Shown piece after piece: positions 19,735-29,849 of a stretch of DNA of 64,000 nt. The stretch comes from an uncultured delta proteobacterium. Lineage in GTDB: Bacteria; Myxococcota_A; Polyangia; Polyangiales; Houyiibacteriaceae. The stretch lies in assembly GCA_963699755.1 (NCBI GenBank), contig CAVOVB010000001.1, positions 704,001 through 768,000 of the forward strand, read 5' to 3'. The notes under the pieces were generated by a model. The model worked only from the letters and a program-made list of their open reading frames with translations, made no database searches and was not told the origin of the DNA. Both the position numbers and the translations under genes were made by a program. How positions within the stretch are numbered: position 1 is the first letter of the stretch; every line of letters begins with the position of its first letter.

Positions 19735-20940
19735 ATGAAAGTCGCCTACCTCACAAATCAGTATCCGAGCGTGAGCCATACGTTCATTCGTCGCGAAATC
19801 GCAGCCCTCGAAGATCAGGGCATCGATATCGTGCGGTTTTCAATTCGCCCGCCTCCTACGCGTCTCGTCGACCCGGAGGACATCGCAGAGCAAAGCCGGA
19901 CGACGGTCTTGCTCGCGCGGGGCATCCCACACCTGGTACTCACGGCAGCGTGGACCGCGGCTCGCCACCCAGTGCGCTTCGCCAAGACCTTCGCCATGGC
20001 CGTCCGGATGGGGCTTCGTTCGGAGCGCGGTCTGCTTCGCAACCTGGGCTACCTGATGACGGCCTGCACTGCCCTTCAGCTGTTTCAGCGGGAGCAGTGC
20101 GGTCACGTGCACGTTCACTTCGGAACCAACCCGGCAGCCGTCGCGATGCTGTGCCGGATGCTGGGCGGACCGCCGTATAGCATCACCGTACACGGGCCCG
20201 AGGAGTTCGACCGGCCCTGGCCGCTCAGCCTCACCGAGAAGATCGAAGCATCGAGCTTCGTCGCCGGCGTCAGCAGCTTCGGGCGAAGCCAACTGTATCG
20301 ACAATGCGGTCACGAGCACTGGCCCAAGATCGAAATCGTTCGATGCGGCGTCGACCGGAGCTACGTCGATACCGAAGTCACTTCGATCGGCGACTCGCGG
20401 CGACTGGTTTGCGTGGGGCGACTCTGCGAACAAAAAGGCCAGCTCCTCTTGATTGAAGCCGCCGCCAAGCTCCGCGATCTCGGTGGGCAGTTCGAGCTGA
20501 TCCTCGTCGGCGACGGTGACATGAGAGCAGAGGTCGAGTCGCTCGTCGCGCGACACGGGCTCGGCGAAATGGTCACCATCACGGGCTGGGCATCGGGTGA
20601 CGAAGTGCGGGACTACCTCGTCGGCGCACGTGCCATGGTGCTTCCGAGCTTCGCCGAAGGGCTGCCGGTAGTGATCATGGAAGCGCTCGCGCTTGGCCGA
20701 CCGGTCGTCTCTACTTACATCGCCGGTATCCCGGAGCTCGTCGTGCCTGGCGAGTCCGGCTGGCTCGTTCCTGCCGGCTCGATCGATGCACTGGTCGATG
20801 CGATGGGGGAGGTCTTGAAGACACCTTCGGCAAGACTCGAAGAGCTCGGTCGCGAAGGGCGGCGTCGGGTTCTGGCCGCCCACGATGCAAGCATCTCGAC
20901 CAGACCCTTGTTCGAGCGCTTCACTCAGGGTCAGCGATGA
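19735..20940 (+). CDS. Glycosyltransferase family 4 (WcaL-like)
   Basis: YPSVSHTFIRREI, HVHVHFG, VGRLCEQKG, EGLPVVIMEALA. Confidence 0.9.
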   Translation: MKVAYLTNQYPSVSHTFIRREIAALEDQGIDIVRFSIRPPPTRLVDPEDIAEQSRTTVLLARGIPHLVLTAAWTAARHPVRFAKTFAMAVRMGLRSERGLLRNLGYLMTACTALQLFQREQCGHVHVHFGTNPAAVAMLCRMLGGPPYSITVHGPEEFDRPWPLSLTEKIEASSFVAGVSSFGRSQLYRQCGHEHWPKIEIVRCGVDRSYVDTEVTSIGDSRRLVCVGRLCEQKGQLLLIEAAAKLRDLGGQFELILVGDGDMRAEVESLVARHGLGEMVTITGWASGDEVRDYLVGARAMVLPSFAEGLPVVIMEALALGRPVVSTYIAGIPELVVPGESGWLVPAGSIDALVDAMGEVLKTPSARLEELGREGRRRVLAAHDASISTRPLFERFTQGQR

Positions 20941-21000
20941 GCCTCGTGTGCGCCGGTCAATTGTTCCGGTTATGCTGACTGACGAGGTCGGTAGCAGTTT

Positions 21001-22053
21001 ATGAAGATCATCGTTACGGGTGGTGCGGGCTTTATCGGCGCCAACTTCTTGAACGGGTTGGTGCCCGATCTGCCGGAGCACCAGTTCGTCAACCTCGACA
21101 AGCTCACCTATGCCGCCAATCTCGGGAGCTTGAAGGCGATCGATTCGCTACCGAACTACGAGCTTCGCCGGGTGGACATCACGGACATGGATGGCGTCGA
21201 CGCGGTGTTCGAGGAGTTCGACCCCGACCTCGTCGTGCACTTCGCAGCCGAAAGCCATGTCGACCGGAGCATTCTCGGGCCGCGCGAGTTCGTCCGGACC
21301 AACATCGAAGGCACCTTCAACCTGCTCGAAGCCTGCCGAAAGCGCTGGTCAGGCGACGACAACCGACTCTTTCATCATGTGAGCACGGACGAGGTCTACG
21401 GCTCACTTGGCGAGACGGGGCTCTTCGAGGAAACCACGGCGTATGACCCATCGAGCCCCTATTCCGCATCGAAGGCGGCAAGCGACCACATCGTTCGCGC
21501 CTACCACCGAACCTACGGCCTCCCGATCAAGATCACGAACTGCTCCAACAACTACGGACCGATGCAGTTTCCGGAGAAGCTGATCCCGCTGATGATCCTC
21601 AACGCAGTGGAACGGAAGCCTTTGCCAATCTACGGCGAAGGGCTCAACGTGCGCGACTGGCTCTACGTTACCGATCATTGCGAAGCGATTTGGTCTGTGA
21701 TCCAGACGGGTCGCATGGGTCGTACGTATAACATCGGCGGAAACAACGAAATGAGGAACATCGACGTGGTTGACACGCTCTGTGAGGTCGTCGCCGAGGA
21801 AACCAGCACCGACCTCGCCGAGCTCCTCTCGCTCAAGAAGTACGTCGCCGACCGGCCCGGCCACGATTTGCGCTACGCCATCGACGCGACCCGGATCCGC
21901 GAAGAGTGCGGATGGGAACCAAAGGAGACCTTCGGCACCGGCATTCGCAAAACGGTGCAATGGTATCTCTCGAACGATAGCTGGGTGGAGAGCGTACGCT
22001 CGGGTGAGTACCGCAAATGGATGAACCTGAACTACGGCGACCGTGCGGGATAG
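21001..22053 (+). CDS. rfbB: dTDP-glucose 4,6-dehydratase
   Basis: TGGAGFIG, DKLTYA, AAESHVDRSI, STDEVYG, YSASK, DRPGHDLRY. Confidence 0.96.
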   Translation: MKIIVTGGAGFIGANFLNGLVPDLPEHQFVNLDKLTYAANLGSLKAIDSLPNYELRRVDITDMDGVDAVFEEFDPDLVVHFAAESHVDRSILGPREFVRTNIEGTFNLLEACRKRWSGDDNRLFHHVSTDEVYGSLGETGLFEETTAYDPSSPYSASKAASDHIVRAYHRTYGLPIKITNCSNNYGPMQFPEKLIPLMILNAVERKPLPIYGEGLNVRDWLYVTDHCEAIWSVIQTGRMGRTYNIGGNNEMRNIDVVDTLCEVVAEETSTDLAELLSLKKYVADRPGHDLRYAIDATRIREECGWEPKETFGTGIRKTVQWYLSNDSWVESVRSGEYRKWMNLNYGDRAG

Positions 22054-22062
22054 AGGGCGAGC

Positions 22063-22944
22063 ATGATCAGCAAGGGCATCATCTTGGCAGGAGGCACCGG
22101 TACCAGGCTGCATCCGCTCACCAAAGGCTTGAGCAAGCAACTCATGCCCATCTACGACAAACCGATGATCTACTACCCGCTGTCGACTCTGATGCTCGCG
22201 GGGATCCGGGAGGTCTTGGTCATCACGACACCACACGAGCAGGCTCTGTTTCAGGGTCTTCTCGGAAACGGTGAGAGCTGGGGGATGCGCTTTCGGTACG
22301 CTGCGCAGCCGAGCCCGGACGGCCTGGCACAAGCATTCTTGATCGGCGAGGACTTCATCGATGGCGATGCCTGTGCGCTCGTGCTGGGCGACAACATCTT
22401 CTACGGTCATGGGCTCCAAGGCTTACTTCAGCAAAGCGCTCAGCAAGCCGATGGCGCCACCGTTTTCGGTTACTACGTGAGCAACCCCACGGCATATGGC
22501 GTCGCCGAGTTCGACGCCAACGGTGTAGTCATCGGGCTCGAAGAAAAGCCAAGGGAGCCTAAGTCCAACTATGCGGTGGCAGGCCTCTACTTCTATGACG
22601 AAGACGTGGTGGCCCACGCCAAGGCGCTCAAGCCGTCCGCGCGAGGTGAGCTCGAAATCACCGACCTCAATCGCAGGTACCTCGACGCAGGAAAGCTTCG
22701 GCTTCAGCGGTTTGGGCGCGGCGTCGCGTGGCTGGATACGGGGACGCCGGGGGCCCTGCTTCAAGCCGCCAATTTCGTGCAGACGATTCAGGAACGCCAA
22801 GGCTTGCGCGCTTCTTGCCCCGAAGAAATTTCGTTTCGAATGGGCTGGATCGACGCCGAGCAGCTGGCACGGCTCGCCAAACCTCTCGAGAAGACCGAGT
22901 ACGGTCAGTACCTGCAAGCATTGGCCGCCGGGTTGGACATTTAA
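22063..22944 (+). CDS. rfbA: Glucose-1-phosphate thymidylyltransferase
   Basis: [44 protein letters not shown]. Confidence 0.96.
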   Translation: MISKGIILAGGTGTRLHPLTKGLSKQLMPIYDKPMIYYPLSTLMLAGIREVLVITTPHEQALFQGLLGNGESWGMRFRYAAQPSPDGLAQAFLIGEDFIDGDACALVLGDNIFYGHGLQGLLQQSAQQADGATVFGYYVSNPTAYGVAEFDANGVVIGLEEKPREPKSNYAVAGLYFYDEDVVAHAKALKPSARGELEITDLNRRYLDAGKLRLQRFGRGVAWLDTGTPGALLQAANFVQTIQERQGLRASCPEEISFRMGWIDAEQLARLAKPLEKTEYGQYLQALAAGLDI

Positions 22945-23498
22945 TGAAGGTCGAATCGGCGATCATTCCGGGTCCGCTGATCATCGAGCCGGCGGTTCAT
23001 GGCGATGAGCGCGGCTTCTTCATGGAAACGTATTCGCGCGACCGTTACGCAGCGGCTGGGCTCCCCGGCGACTTCGTTCAAGACAACGTATCGATGTCTG
23101 CCAAGGGCATCTTGCGCGGGCTTCATCTCCAGCACCCGAACGATCAGGGCAAGCTCTGCAGTGTGCTCGACGGCGAGGTGTTCGATGTGGCGGTCGACGT
23201 GCGCGTTGGCTCTCCGACCTTTGGCCGCTGGGTGGGGGTGACTCTGTCGTCGAAGAACAAACGGCAGTTTTACGTTCCGCCCGGCTTCGCCCATGGTTTC
23301 TGCGTGCTCAGCGAGCGCGCGCTCTTTTCCTACAAATGCACCGACTTCTATTCGGCTGCGAGCGAGCTCGGGGTCGCCTGGGACGACCCGGACATCGGCA
23401 TCGATTGGCCCATTTCTTCGCCGACGCTCTCGGGGAAGGACCAAGCCAACCCCTCGCTGAAGGACATCCCGACCGAGAAGCTTCCGCACTATGAGTGA
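22944..23498 (+). CDS. rfbC: dTDP-4-dehydrorhamnose 3,5-epimerase
   Basis: ATG 22944 (TAATG overlap); DERGFFMET, RGLH, DVAVDVR, GFAHGF. Confidence 0.96.
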   Translation: MKVESAIIPGPLIIEPAVHGDERGFFMETYSRDRYAAAGLPGDFVQDNVSMSAKGILRGLHLQHPNDQGKLCSVLDGEVFDVAVDVRVGSPTFGRWVGVTLSSKNKRQFYVPPGFAHGFCVLSERALFSYKCTDFYSAASELGVAWDDPDIGIDWPISSPTLSGKDQANPSLKDIPTEKLPHYE

Positions 23499-24333
23499 CA
23501 TTCTGGTCATTGGAGCCGACGGCATGCTGGGTCGGTGCTGGACCGAGCTCCTCGAGAGTCGAGGCATCGAGCACAGGGCCACCATGCTCGAGGATCTCGA
23601 CATTCGCGACCGGGCCGCCCTGAACGGCTTCATCACGCCGGGGACGGACTGGGTCGTGAACTGCGCCGCATACACCCTGGTCGATGCAGCCGAAGAACAT
23701 GAAGCCCTCGCGAACGAAGTCAACGGCCACGCGGTCGGCGCAATGGCCGAGCAGTGTAAGCTCGTCGGTGCCAAGCTGCTTCACTACAGCACCGACTATG
23801 TCTTCGACGGAACGGCGCGAGTGCCCTACCCAACCGATCATCCGAGGAACCCGGTCAATGCCTACGGTCGAAGCAAGGCGATCGCCGAGGAGCTGATCGA
23901 GCGCTCGGGCGTAGAGCACCTTCTGGTGCGCAGCAGTTGGCTGTACGCGCCCTGGGCGAAGAACTTCGTGCTCACCATCCGCGAACTAGCGAAGACCCGG
24001 CCAAGTCTTCGCGTCGTCGACGACCAGCGAGGCCGCCCCACCGACAGCCGAAAGCTCGCCGAGGTGAGCCTGGCCCTCGCTGATCACGGCAGTCGCGGCG
24101 TCTTTCACGTAACCGACGGCGGAGAGTGCAGCTGGTTCGAGCTTGCTGCGTTGATCGCAGAAATCGTGAATCCGGAGTGCCGCGTCGAACCTTGTACGAG
24201 CGACGAGTTCCCACGCCCCGCGCCCCGTCCCGCCTACAGCGTCTTGGACATTTCGGCGACGGAACGGGTCGTCGGGCCGCTGATTCCATGGGAAGCTCGC
24301 GTCCGTGACGTGTTGGGCATCGTCGAGCCTTAG
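23491..24333 (+). CDS. rfbD: dTDP-4-dehydrorhamnose reductase
   Basis: GADGMLG, NCAAYT, STDYVFDG, YGRSK, VDDQRG, RPAPRPAYS. Confidence 0.94.
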   Translation: MSDILVIGADGMLGRCWTELLESRGIEHRATMLEDLDIRDRAALNGFITPGTDWVVNCAAYTLVDAAEEHEALANEVNGHAVGAMAEQCKLVGAKLLHYSTDYVFDGTARVPYPTDHPRNPVNAYGRSKAIAEELIERSGVEHLLVRSSWLYAPWAKNFVLTIRELAKTRPSLRVVDDQRGRPTDSRKLAEVSLALADHGSRGVFHVTDGGECSWFELAALIAEIVNPECRVEPCTSDEFPRPAPRPAYSVLDISATERVVGPLIPWEARVRDVLGIVEP

Positions 24334-25861
24334 ACTAGCCGCCGCTGCGATTCTTGTCTTCGCGCTCCTGATCGCGATCAGCGCATCGCCGACTCGTTCT
24401 CAGGCGCAGGCGATCTACTACCGTTCAATTCCGCTGGGCGATCGGGCGATGGGCCTAGGAGGCGCCTTCACCGGCATCGCGAGCGATCCTTCGGCCACGT
24501 ACTACAACCCAGCCGGCATCATGATCGGCGGACGCTTCCAACTCATGGGAAGCCTGACGTCGATTGTGTTTACCCGCAAAACGATCGACAACGGCTTGAA
24601 CTTCCAGAACGTGAGCGAAGACTTCAAGTCGACCGCTACGACGACGCTCCCCTCTTTCGTTGGAACCGTCGTGAAGTTCGGGCGCGAGCGCTTCGGAGAC
24701 CGCCAGTTCGCACTTGCGTACAGCACGTTCGAAGTCAGTCGCGAAGCCTTCGGAACGGGGGCCTCAGAGTTCCAGGAAGCTGGGACGCTCGACCTGCGTT
24801 TGGGTCGGGGCTTCAGGGATCGCTGGTACGGAGTCTCGTTCGCCGCGCAGGCGACCAAGAAGGTCGCCCTCGGCCTCACGGGCTTCCTCGCGCAACAGCA
24901 AGGCGACTACCGCGAGGACATCGGCTCCGCGACGGGAGGCACAATCGACGAGAACGGGCAGCGCGTAGATGGTGATTTTGCAACGACCAGCCTTTCGCTC
25001 TCAACACGGGCATACGACTTCGTGTTCAGGCTTGGCGCGCTCTATCGGATCAACCCCCGCTGGCAAGTTGGCTTCGTGTTCCAACCGCCAGGCGTTCCGC
25101 TGAGCCAGAAGGGCAGCGTCTTTCGACGCACGAATTCGGCTTCGATCGATGGCCAGACTACTTATTCGCTCATCGACCAGGGCGACCTCTCGACGAGGGT
25201 GCCGATCCCCTTCGAGCTCCGCGCCGGCTTTGAGTTCAAGGCCAATACCTTGACGACTCTGTCGGCGGACGCCGCGGTGAGCGGCCCGGTTCGTGATCGC
25301 GACATATTCGGCCTCCCCGCGGCTCAGCTCGAGGTTCTTCCCGAAGACCTCGGGGTGTACTTCGCCAACTCGACCGAGCGGCGCTGGACTCCCAACGTTG
25401 CGATTGGTGTGGAGCACATGTTCGGCAAAGCTGTGGTGGCAGGAGGCCTGTTCACCAATGTCTCCGCCGCCCCCAACGTCCCCGAGACAGCGAATGAATA
25501 CAGCCCTGACCAAGTGTCGATGTTCGGCGCGTCGGTGTCGATCGGAATCGACACGAAAGGCTACCGCCTCGGTCTTGGGGCGACTGGATTCTTCGGCAGG
25601 GGTGACGCGCTCTCGTTCACTATCGACCGTGACACGCAGGTCGTCGGCTATCGACGCACGAAGGCGACCACCTCGGCCCTGATCCTCTACATCTCCGGCG
25701 CCGTCTCCGTCGCATCCAAGGGCGCAAAGAACGTCCAAGAGAAGATCAAGGAGAAGCAACAGAAGAAGAAAGAGAACGGCGACACCGACGAGAACGAGAA
25801 CGGGTCCGAGGACGCAACGCCTCCCCCTGACGCAAACCAGAGCCCGCCCTCAGTCGAGTAG
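24305..25861 (+). CDS. FadL/OmpP1-like outer-membrane transporter (start uncertain)
   Basis: Signal peptide, hatch motif RAMGLGGAFTGIASDPSATYYNPAG, beta strands, unusual charged C-terminal tail. Confidence 0.7.
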   Translation: MTCWASSSLRLAAAAILVFALLIAISASPTRSQAQAIYYRSIPLGDRAMGLGGAFTGIASDPSATYYNPAGIMIGGRFQLMGSLTSIVFTRKTIDNGLNFQNVSEDFKSTATTTLPSFVGTVVKFGRERFGDRQFALAYSTFEVSREAFGTGASEFQEAGTLDLRLGRGFRDRWYGVSFAAQATKKVALGLTGFLAQQQGDYREDIGSATGGTIDENGQRVDGDFATTSLSLSTRAYDFVFRLGALYRINPRWQVGFVFQPPGVPLSQKGSVFRRTNSASIDGQTTYSLIDQGDLSTRVPIPFELRAGFEFKANTLTTLSADAAVSGPVRDRDIFGLPAAQLEVLPEDLGVYFANSTERRWTPNVAIGVEHMFGKAVVAGGLFTNVSAAPNVPETANEYSPDQVSMFGASVSIGIDTKGYRLGLGATGFFGRGDALSFTIDRDTQVVGYRRTKATTSALILYISGAVSVASKGAKNVQEKIKEKQQKKKENGDTDENENGSEDATPPPDANQSPPSVE

Positions 25862-27154
25862 GTAGACCTTCGTCGGGGGAAGGCCGATCCCCGGCCCAAT
25901 CGCGCTCGACCCCACTTCGACGAAGCCGCTCTCATCCGCCGCAAACTCCAAAACCGCGTTCTCGGCCGCATCCGGCACGTAGAGCATCTCGCTTTGCGGA
26001 TCGTAGGCGGGTTCCCCGATCACGAACGAGCTCATGGATTCGTACACGAGCGTTTGCGCCCCAGTCTCGAGATCGATCAAGTACAAACCGTCCGTGGTCG
26101 TCGCGAAGTCGCCGCTTACCACCCCAAGCGCTCGCTGCGCGTCGATCGCGATTACACCGTTCACCGCAATCGCCGACGCGGGGTCGTCGGCTACCCGCCA
26201 AACCTCTTCAATTGCCACCCCGCCCTGGCCTACGTCGAGCAGCGCAATGCCTGAGGACGCCCGAACCTGCGGCTCGTCTCCAAAGGGCTGCGCGAAACCG
26301 ACGCATGCCACGACGAGCTTGCTTGGCTCCCCGGGCACAGGAACGGTGCGCCCGCAGCTCTTGAGCCCGGGCAGCTCCAGCCCCTCAACCGACTCGTCTT
26401 CGAGGTCGACGACTGCCACCATTCCCGGTCCGGCTGCGTCGAAATTGGCACTGATGCGATCGAGCCCGACGACGATGGTCGAGCCAACGAGCACGCCGCG
26501 GCTCGGTCGCGCGAAGACGTCCACCGTGAGCGCTCCGTCTCCAGTTCCTGCTCGGGCGGTCGTGTCGAGCGAAGAGAGGTCGATTCGGGCGCCCGTTGCG
26601 CTCATGTCAGAAGGATTGACCTCGAACAGGTCGTTCCCTTGGTTTTCGGGCACGGCGGCCGGATTCAAGTTCGACTCGTAACGGGGAACCCAGGCGCTGT
26701 CCGAGTGGACGAAAATGAAATCCTGTGGGTTCGAAGAGAAGCCCGAGTCTCCGATGTCGCCTTGGGTCCGCAGCTGTCCATTGAGATTCCCAGTCGGCAC
26801 GAAGAAACGAGTCACCACATCGGTGAAGAATCGATCGATCACGGCAAGCGTTCCGTCGCCGGCTTGGCGAGTGGGCAAGACCACGTCGCCCGACAGGGTG
26901 GCGACCAGACCAGGATACCTCGTCCCGGAGCTGAGCCAGCTCTCGTCGATGGCGACGAAATCGGCGTCGAGCATCGCGATGGACGAGCTGCTGAAGTCCG
27001 AGCTGAGCACCGCATAGCGCGGCGTCGACGAGAGCGGATCGAGCGCAGGGCTGCCAGGTGCGTCGCCGCCACGGCTCCGTGGATCTCCATCCCCGCAGCC
27101 GACGGCGACGAGCAAGAGACAAGTCAGCAGAGTGAATTTGAGATCCCGTTCCAT
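25850..27154 (-). CDS. Uncharacterised lipoprotein in the B12 uptake locus, possibly beta-propeller
   Basis: Lipobox VAVGC, GAGAGGA RBS, beta-rich acidic sequence (SNPQD, LYVPD); directly downstream of a cobalamin riboswitch. Confidence 0.75.
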   Translation of the reverse strand: MERDLKFTLLTCLLLVAVGCGDGDPRSRGGDAPGSPALDPLSSTPRYAVLSSDFSSSSIAMLDADFVAIDESWLSSGTRYPGLVATLSGDVVLPTRQAGDGTLAVIDRFFTDVVTRFFVPTGNLNGQLRTQGDIGDSGFSSNPQDFIFVHSDSAWVPRYESNLNPAAVPENQGNDLFEVNPSDMSATGARIDLSSLDTTARAGTGDGALTVDVFARPSRGVLVGSTIVVGLDRISANFDAAGPGMVAVVDLEDESVEGLELPGLKSCGRTVPVPGEPSKLVVACVGFAQPFGDEPQVRASSGIALLDVGQGGVAIEEVWRVADDPASAIAVNGVIAIDAQRALGVVSGDFATTTDGLYLIDLETGAQTLVYESMSSFVIGEPAYDPQSEMLYVPDAAENAVLEFAADESGFVEVGSSAIGPGIGLPPTKVYLLD

Positions 27155-27261
27155 TTGCTTCCTCTCGCGTCGGGATAGGAAGGACAGGAACGAGGCACGT
27201 TCAATCGTGAAACGAAAACCATGGCCACCCGCCCTCCCCGAGGCGTTTCGAGTGAGCTCAC

Positions 27262-27405
27262 GAGGGTAGGTCTCCGGGCTGGTAACCCTAGGTTCTGCCG
27301 CCTTCCCAGGTTTTCACCCAGTGGCATCGTGGCAGCGCATTCAGTTACATACCGTGGCGGGTCCGCGTCGGCCTCTCACCGACTTCCCTCTTCAACCGAT
27401 CGGAT
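27262..27405 (-). ncRNA. Cobalamin riboswitch (copy 1)
   Basis: Minus strand: GGTTGAAGAGGGAAGTCGGTGAGAGGCCGACGCGGACCCGCCACGGTA...GCCACTGGG...GGGAAGG...AGCCCGGAGACCTAC (B12 box). Confidence 0.92.
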
Positions 27406-27499
27406 TTCTCTCCATCGGCCTATCTCCAACGGCTTCGAGGAAGCCGCCTTCGACCTTCGTAAGGACGTCAACGCTAGTTTGGCGTCGAGGAAAGTCAAC

Positions 27500-29536
27500 C
27501 TACCAGGCGTGCCGATAGCTGGCCCTTCCACTGTAGCGGCGCCCGGGAAGTGGGTAGCCCACCAGATCTTGGCCGCGAACGTCGAGCAGATCGTCGGCTC
27601 GGAACCCCAAGCCCAGGCGCCCCTCGAAAAGGAGCGCCCCGACCCCGGCGGCGAGCGCCGTGCGCGCGGAAATCTCGACGAGGTTGGCCGGGTCCTCATA
27701 GGCCTTGCCCAGATAGGCAAGCTGGAAGAACCCGAAGATGTCGGAGACCCGCTTCGACAGGGTCCCCGAGTGGACCTCCGGCTGAACATAAGCGACCCAT
27801 TCCGGCTGCACTGGCAGTTGATTGCCATTCGCTTTGTCGATCGCTTGCGTCCAGGTGACCTCGCCTTGGAGAACGAAATATTGCGTGACTCCACCGCGAA
27901 GCTCGACCTCGACGCCTCGATTACGGGCGCCGCCGATATTCTCCGCCTTGAAGGTCGAAGCCGAAGTTCTGCGAAACCGGATCGCATCGTCGAGATGGGT
28001 CAAGAACGCGCCGAGCGACGCATAGCCGCTCACCGCTTCGCGATGACCACGAAGCGTCACTGCTCCGTCGTAGGCAAGCGAGCGCTCTTGCACCAAGTCG
28101 GGGTTTCCCTCGACGTTCGTGCGGTTGCCGAAGAGCTGGAGCAACGAAGGCAACTTGAATCCGCTGCTGACTGATCCGCGAAAGGCAAGCCACTCCAAGG
28201 GCGAGATCGCCGCAGCAACCCGATAGGTCGGAAGAAGATCGGACGACTCTCCTGGCGGCTCACCAACCAACGGAGCTTCTCGAATCGCGACGCGGGTCCA
28301 AGCCAGTCGAACGCTCGACCGCAGCTCCAAACCAACTTTCCCGACGTCACCGAAGAAACGGGTTTCCAAAGTCCCCGCGGCGGTGAGGCGATCGGAAGCC
28401 GGTTCGGGAAGCGCGGAAAGCTCGTTCTTGGGATCGTATGCTTGATAGCGTGCGGTGCCAATCGTCGTGATCTCGAACCAGGGCAAGGCCATCACCGATG
28501 CAGCCACGCGTCCGAAGGCCGTATGGGTCTGGTCATCTGTGCGTCGAGGACCGCCTCTGCCTAACTCACCGAGCCTGTCGTCGAGCTGGTTTCTTCCGTA
28601 ATCGTAGTTCGCCAACACTTGGAGCCTGTACGGATGCGCCCCGTCCTGCTGTTGAAGCCATGAGGCGGAGCCGATCAGCCGGGTCGTCTGTGTGCGCGCC
28701 CGGAGCGCGGGAGTCGCACCCAGCCCCGGCTCTCCGCGCTCGCGGCCGAGGCCGAGGAGGACCAGGTCGAGCTGGCTCGATTCGCTGGTCTTGGTGCGCA
28801 TGTTTGCGAAACCGAACCCTTCGACGAAGTCGGCGTTCTGCCGGCGGCGCTCCACGTCGTCTGTGGGATCGAACAGTGTTGCGTTGTCGTCGAGGTAGGG
28901 ATAGTCGTTCCGCGCTCCTGCCCCGCCAACGGTGCCAAAGAACGAAACCTTCTTCGAGGAGGCTGCGCCAAAAACGTTCGCACGCCAAGACCCGAAGCTG
29001 CCCCCGGTCAGACGCGTCCCCACTTCGGTCTCCTCGTAGTTTCGGGGCCGAAGACGCAATACGCCGCCGATCGCACCTTCGTTCAGCCAGGCGGGCGTGC
29101 CGCCCCGAAACACCTCGAAGCCTTCGATGGCTTCCAAGGGCACCAGACTCAGGTCAAACGAGCCCGCATCGGGGCTGCTGATCGGCACGTCGCCCAACAT
29201 CACCGCAACCTGGTCGCAGGCCACGCCGCGAAGCCGAAGGCAAAACGGCGAGCCCGCCGCTCCCTCGGACACGACGCGCGTACCGGCCGATTCGAGCAGA
29301 AGCTGATCGGTCGTTTGGGCAATGATCCGGTCGCGGACAAGGACCTCGCTTCCCGCCGCGGTCGCGTCGAGCGAGTTCGTCGCGGGGATCGGTCGGGCCA
29401 CCTTGGCGGTTTCACCGAACTGAGCGGAAGCAGGAGCAGTGATCGCAACGACTGAGATGAGCGCGGAGACTGCAAGACCGACGGGACTCCTTCTCCCCCG
29501 CGCTCGCTCGATCCGCCATTTCCCGACCTCGTCCAA
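27500..29536 (-). CDS. btuB: TonB-dependent receptor, probable cobalamin transporter
   Basis: Signal peptide, plug (LRLRG...DLSLVP...EVFRGG...AIGGV), GNPDL.QE, GYPLPGRR, terminal W; riboswitch upstream. TTG start uncertain. Confidence 0.85.
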   Translation of the reverse strand: MDEVGKWRIERARGRRSPVGLAVSALISVVAITAPASAQFGETAKVARPIPATNSLDATAAGSEVLVRDRIIAQTTDQLLLESAGTRVVSEGAAGSPFCLRLRGVACDQVAVMLGDVPISSPDAGSFDLSLVPLEAIEGFEVFRGGTPAWLNEGAIGGVLRLRPRNYEETEVGTRLTGGSFGSWRANVFGAASSKKVSFFGTVGGAGARNDYPYLDDNATLFDPTDDVERRRQNADFVEGFGFANMRTKTSESSQLDLVLLGLGRERGEPGLGATPALRARTQTTRLIGSASWLQQQDGAHPYRLQVLANYDYGRNQLDDRLGELGRGGPRRTDDQTHTAFGRVAASVMALPWFEITTIGTARYQAYDPKNELSALPEPASDRLTAAGTLETRFFGDVGKVGLELRSSVRLAWTRVAIREAPLVGEPPGESSDLLPTYRVAAAISPLEWLAFRGSVSSGFKLPSLLQLFGNRTNVEGNPDLVQERSLAYDGAVTLRGHREAVSGYASLGAFLTHLDDAIRFRRTSASTFKAENIGGARNRGVEVELRGGVTQYFVLQGEVTWTQAIDKANGNQLPVQPEWVAYVQPEVHSGTLSKRVSDIFGFFQLAYLGKAYEDPANLVEISARTALAAGVGALLFEGRLGLGFRADDLLDVRGQDLVGYPLPGRRYSGRASYRHAW

Positions 29537-29631
29537 ATCCCGTTCCTAGATCGGGAACGGCCGATCGAACGGAACAGAAATTCCGACGCGCGACTCTCAC
29601 CATCCCCGAGGTGATCAGCACAAAGAACACG

Positions 29632-29774
29632 ATCGCAGGTTTCCGGGCTCGCGACCCCAGGTCCTGTCACCTTCCCAGGCTCATCACCCAGTGGCATCAC
29701 GACAGAACATTCAGTCACATACCGTGGCGGGTCCGCGCCGGCCTCTCACCGACTTCCCTGCTTGAACCGACGAT
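29632..29774 (-). ncRNA. Cobalamin riboswitch (copy 2)
   Basis: Minus strand: GGTTCAAGCAGGGAAGTCGGTGAGAGGCCGGCGCGGACCCGCCACGGTA...GCCACTGGG...GGGAAGG...AGCCCGGAAACCTGC; P1 ATCGTCGGT/ACCTGCGAT. Confidence 0.93.
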
Positions 29775-29849
29775 GACCGATCCGGCTTTGAGCGTCAATC
29801 GTCCTCAACGCGTATCGATCGGTCTCGGACCGCGTGGTAAGGACGCGCA

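Noticed and set aside
19735..24333. GT4-rmlBACD as a novel glycan locus
   Set aside because: Standard dTDP-rhamnose pathway in a common gene order.
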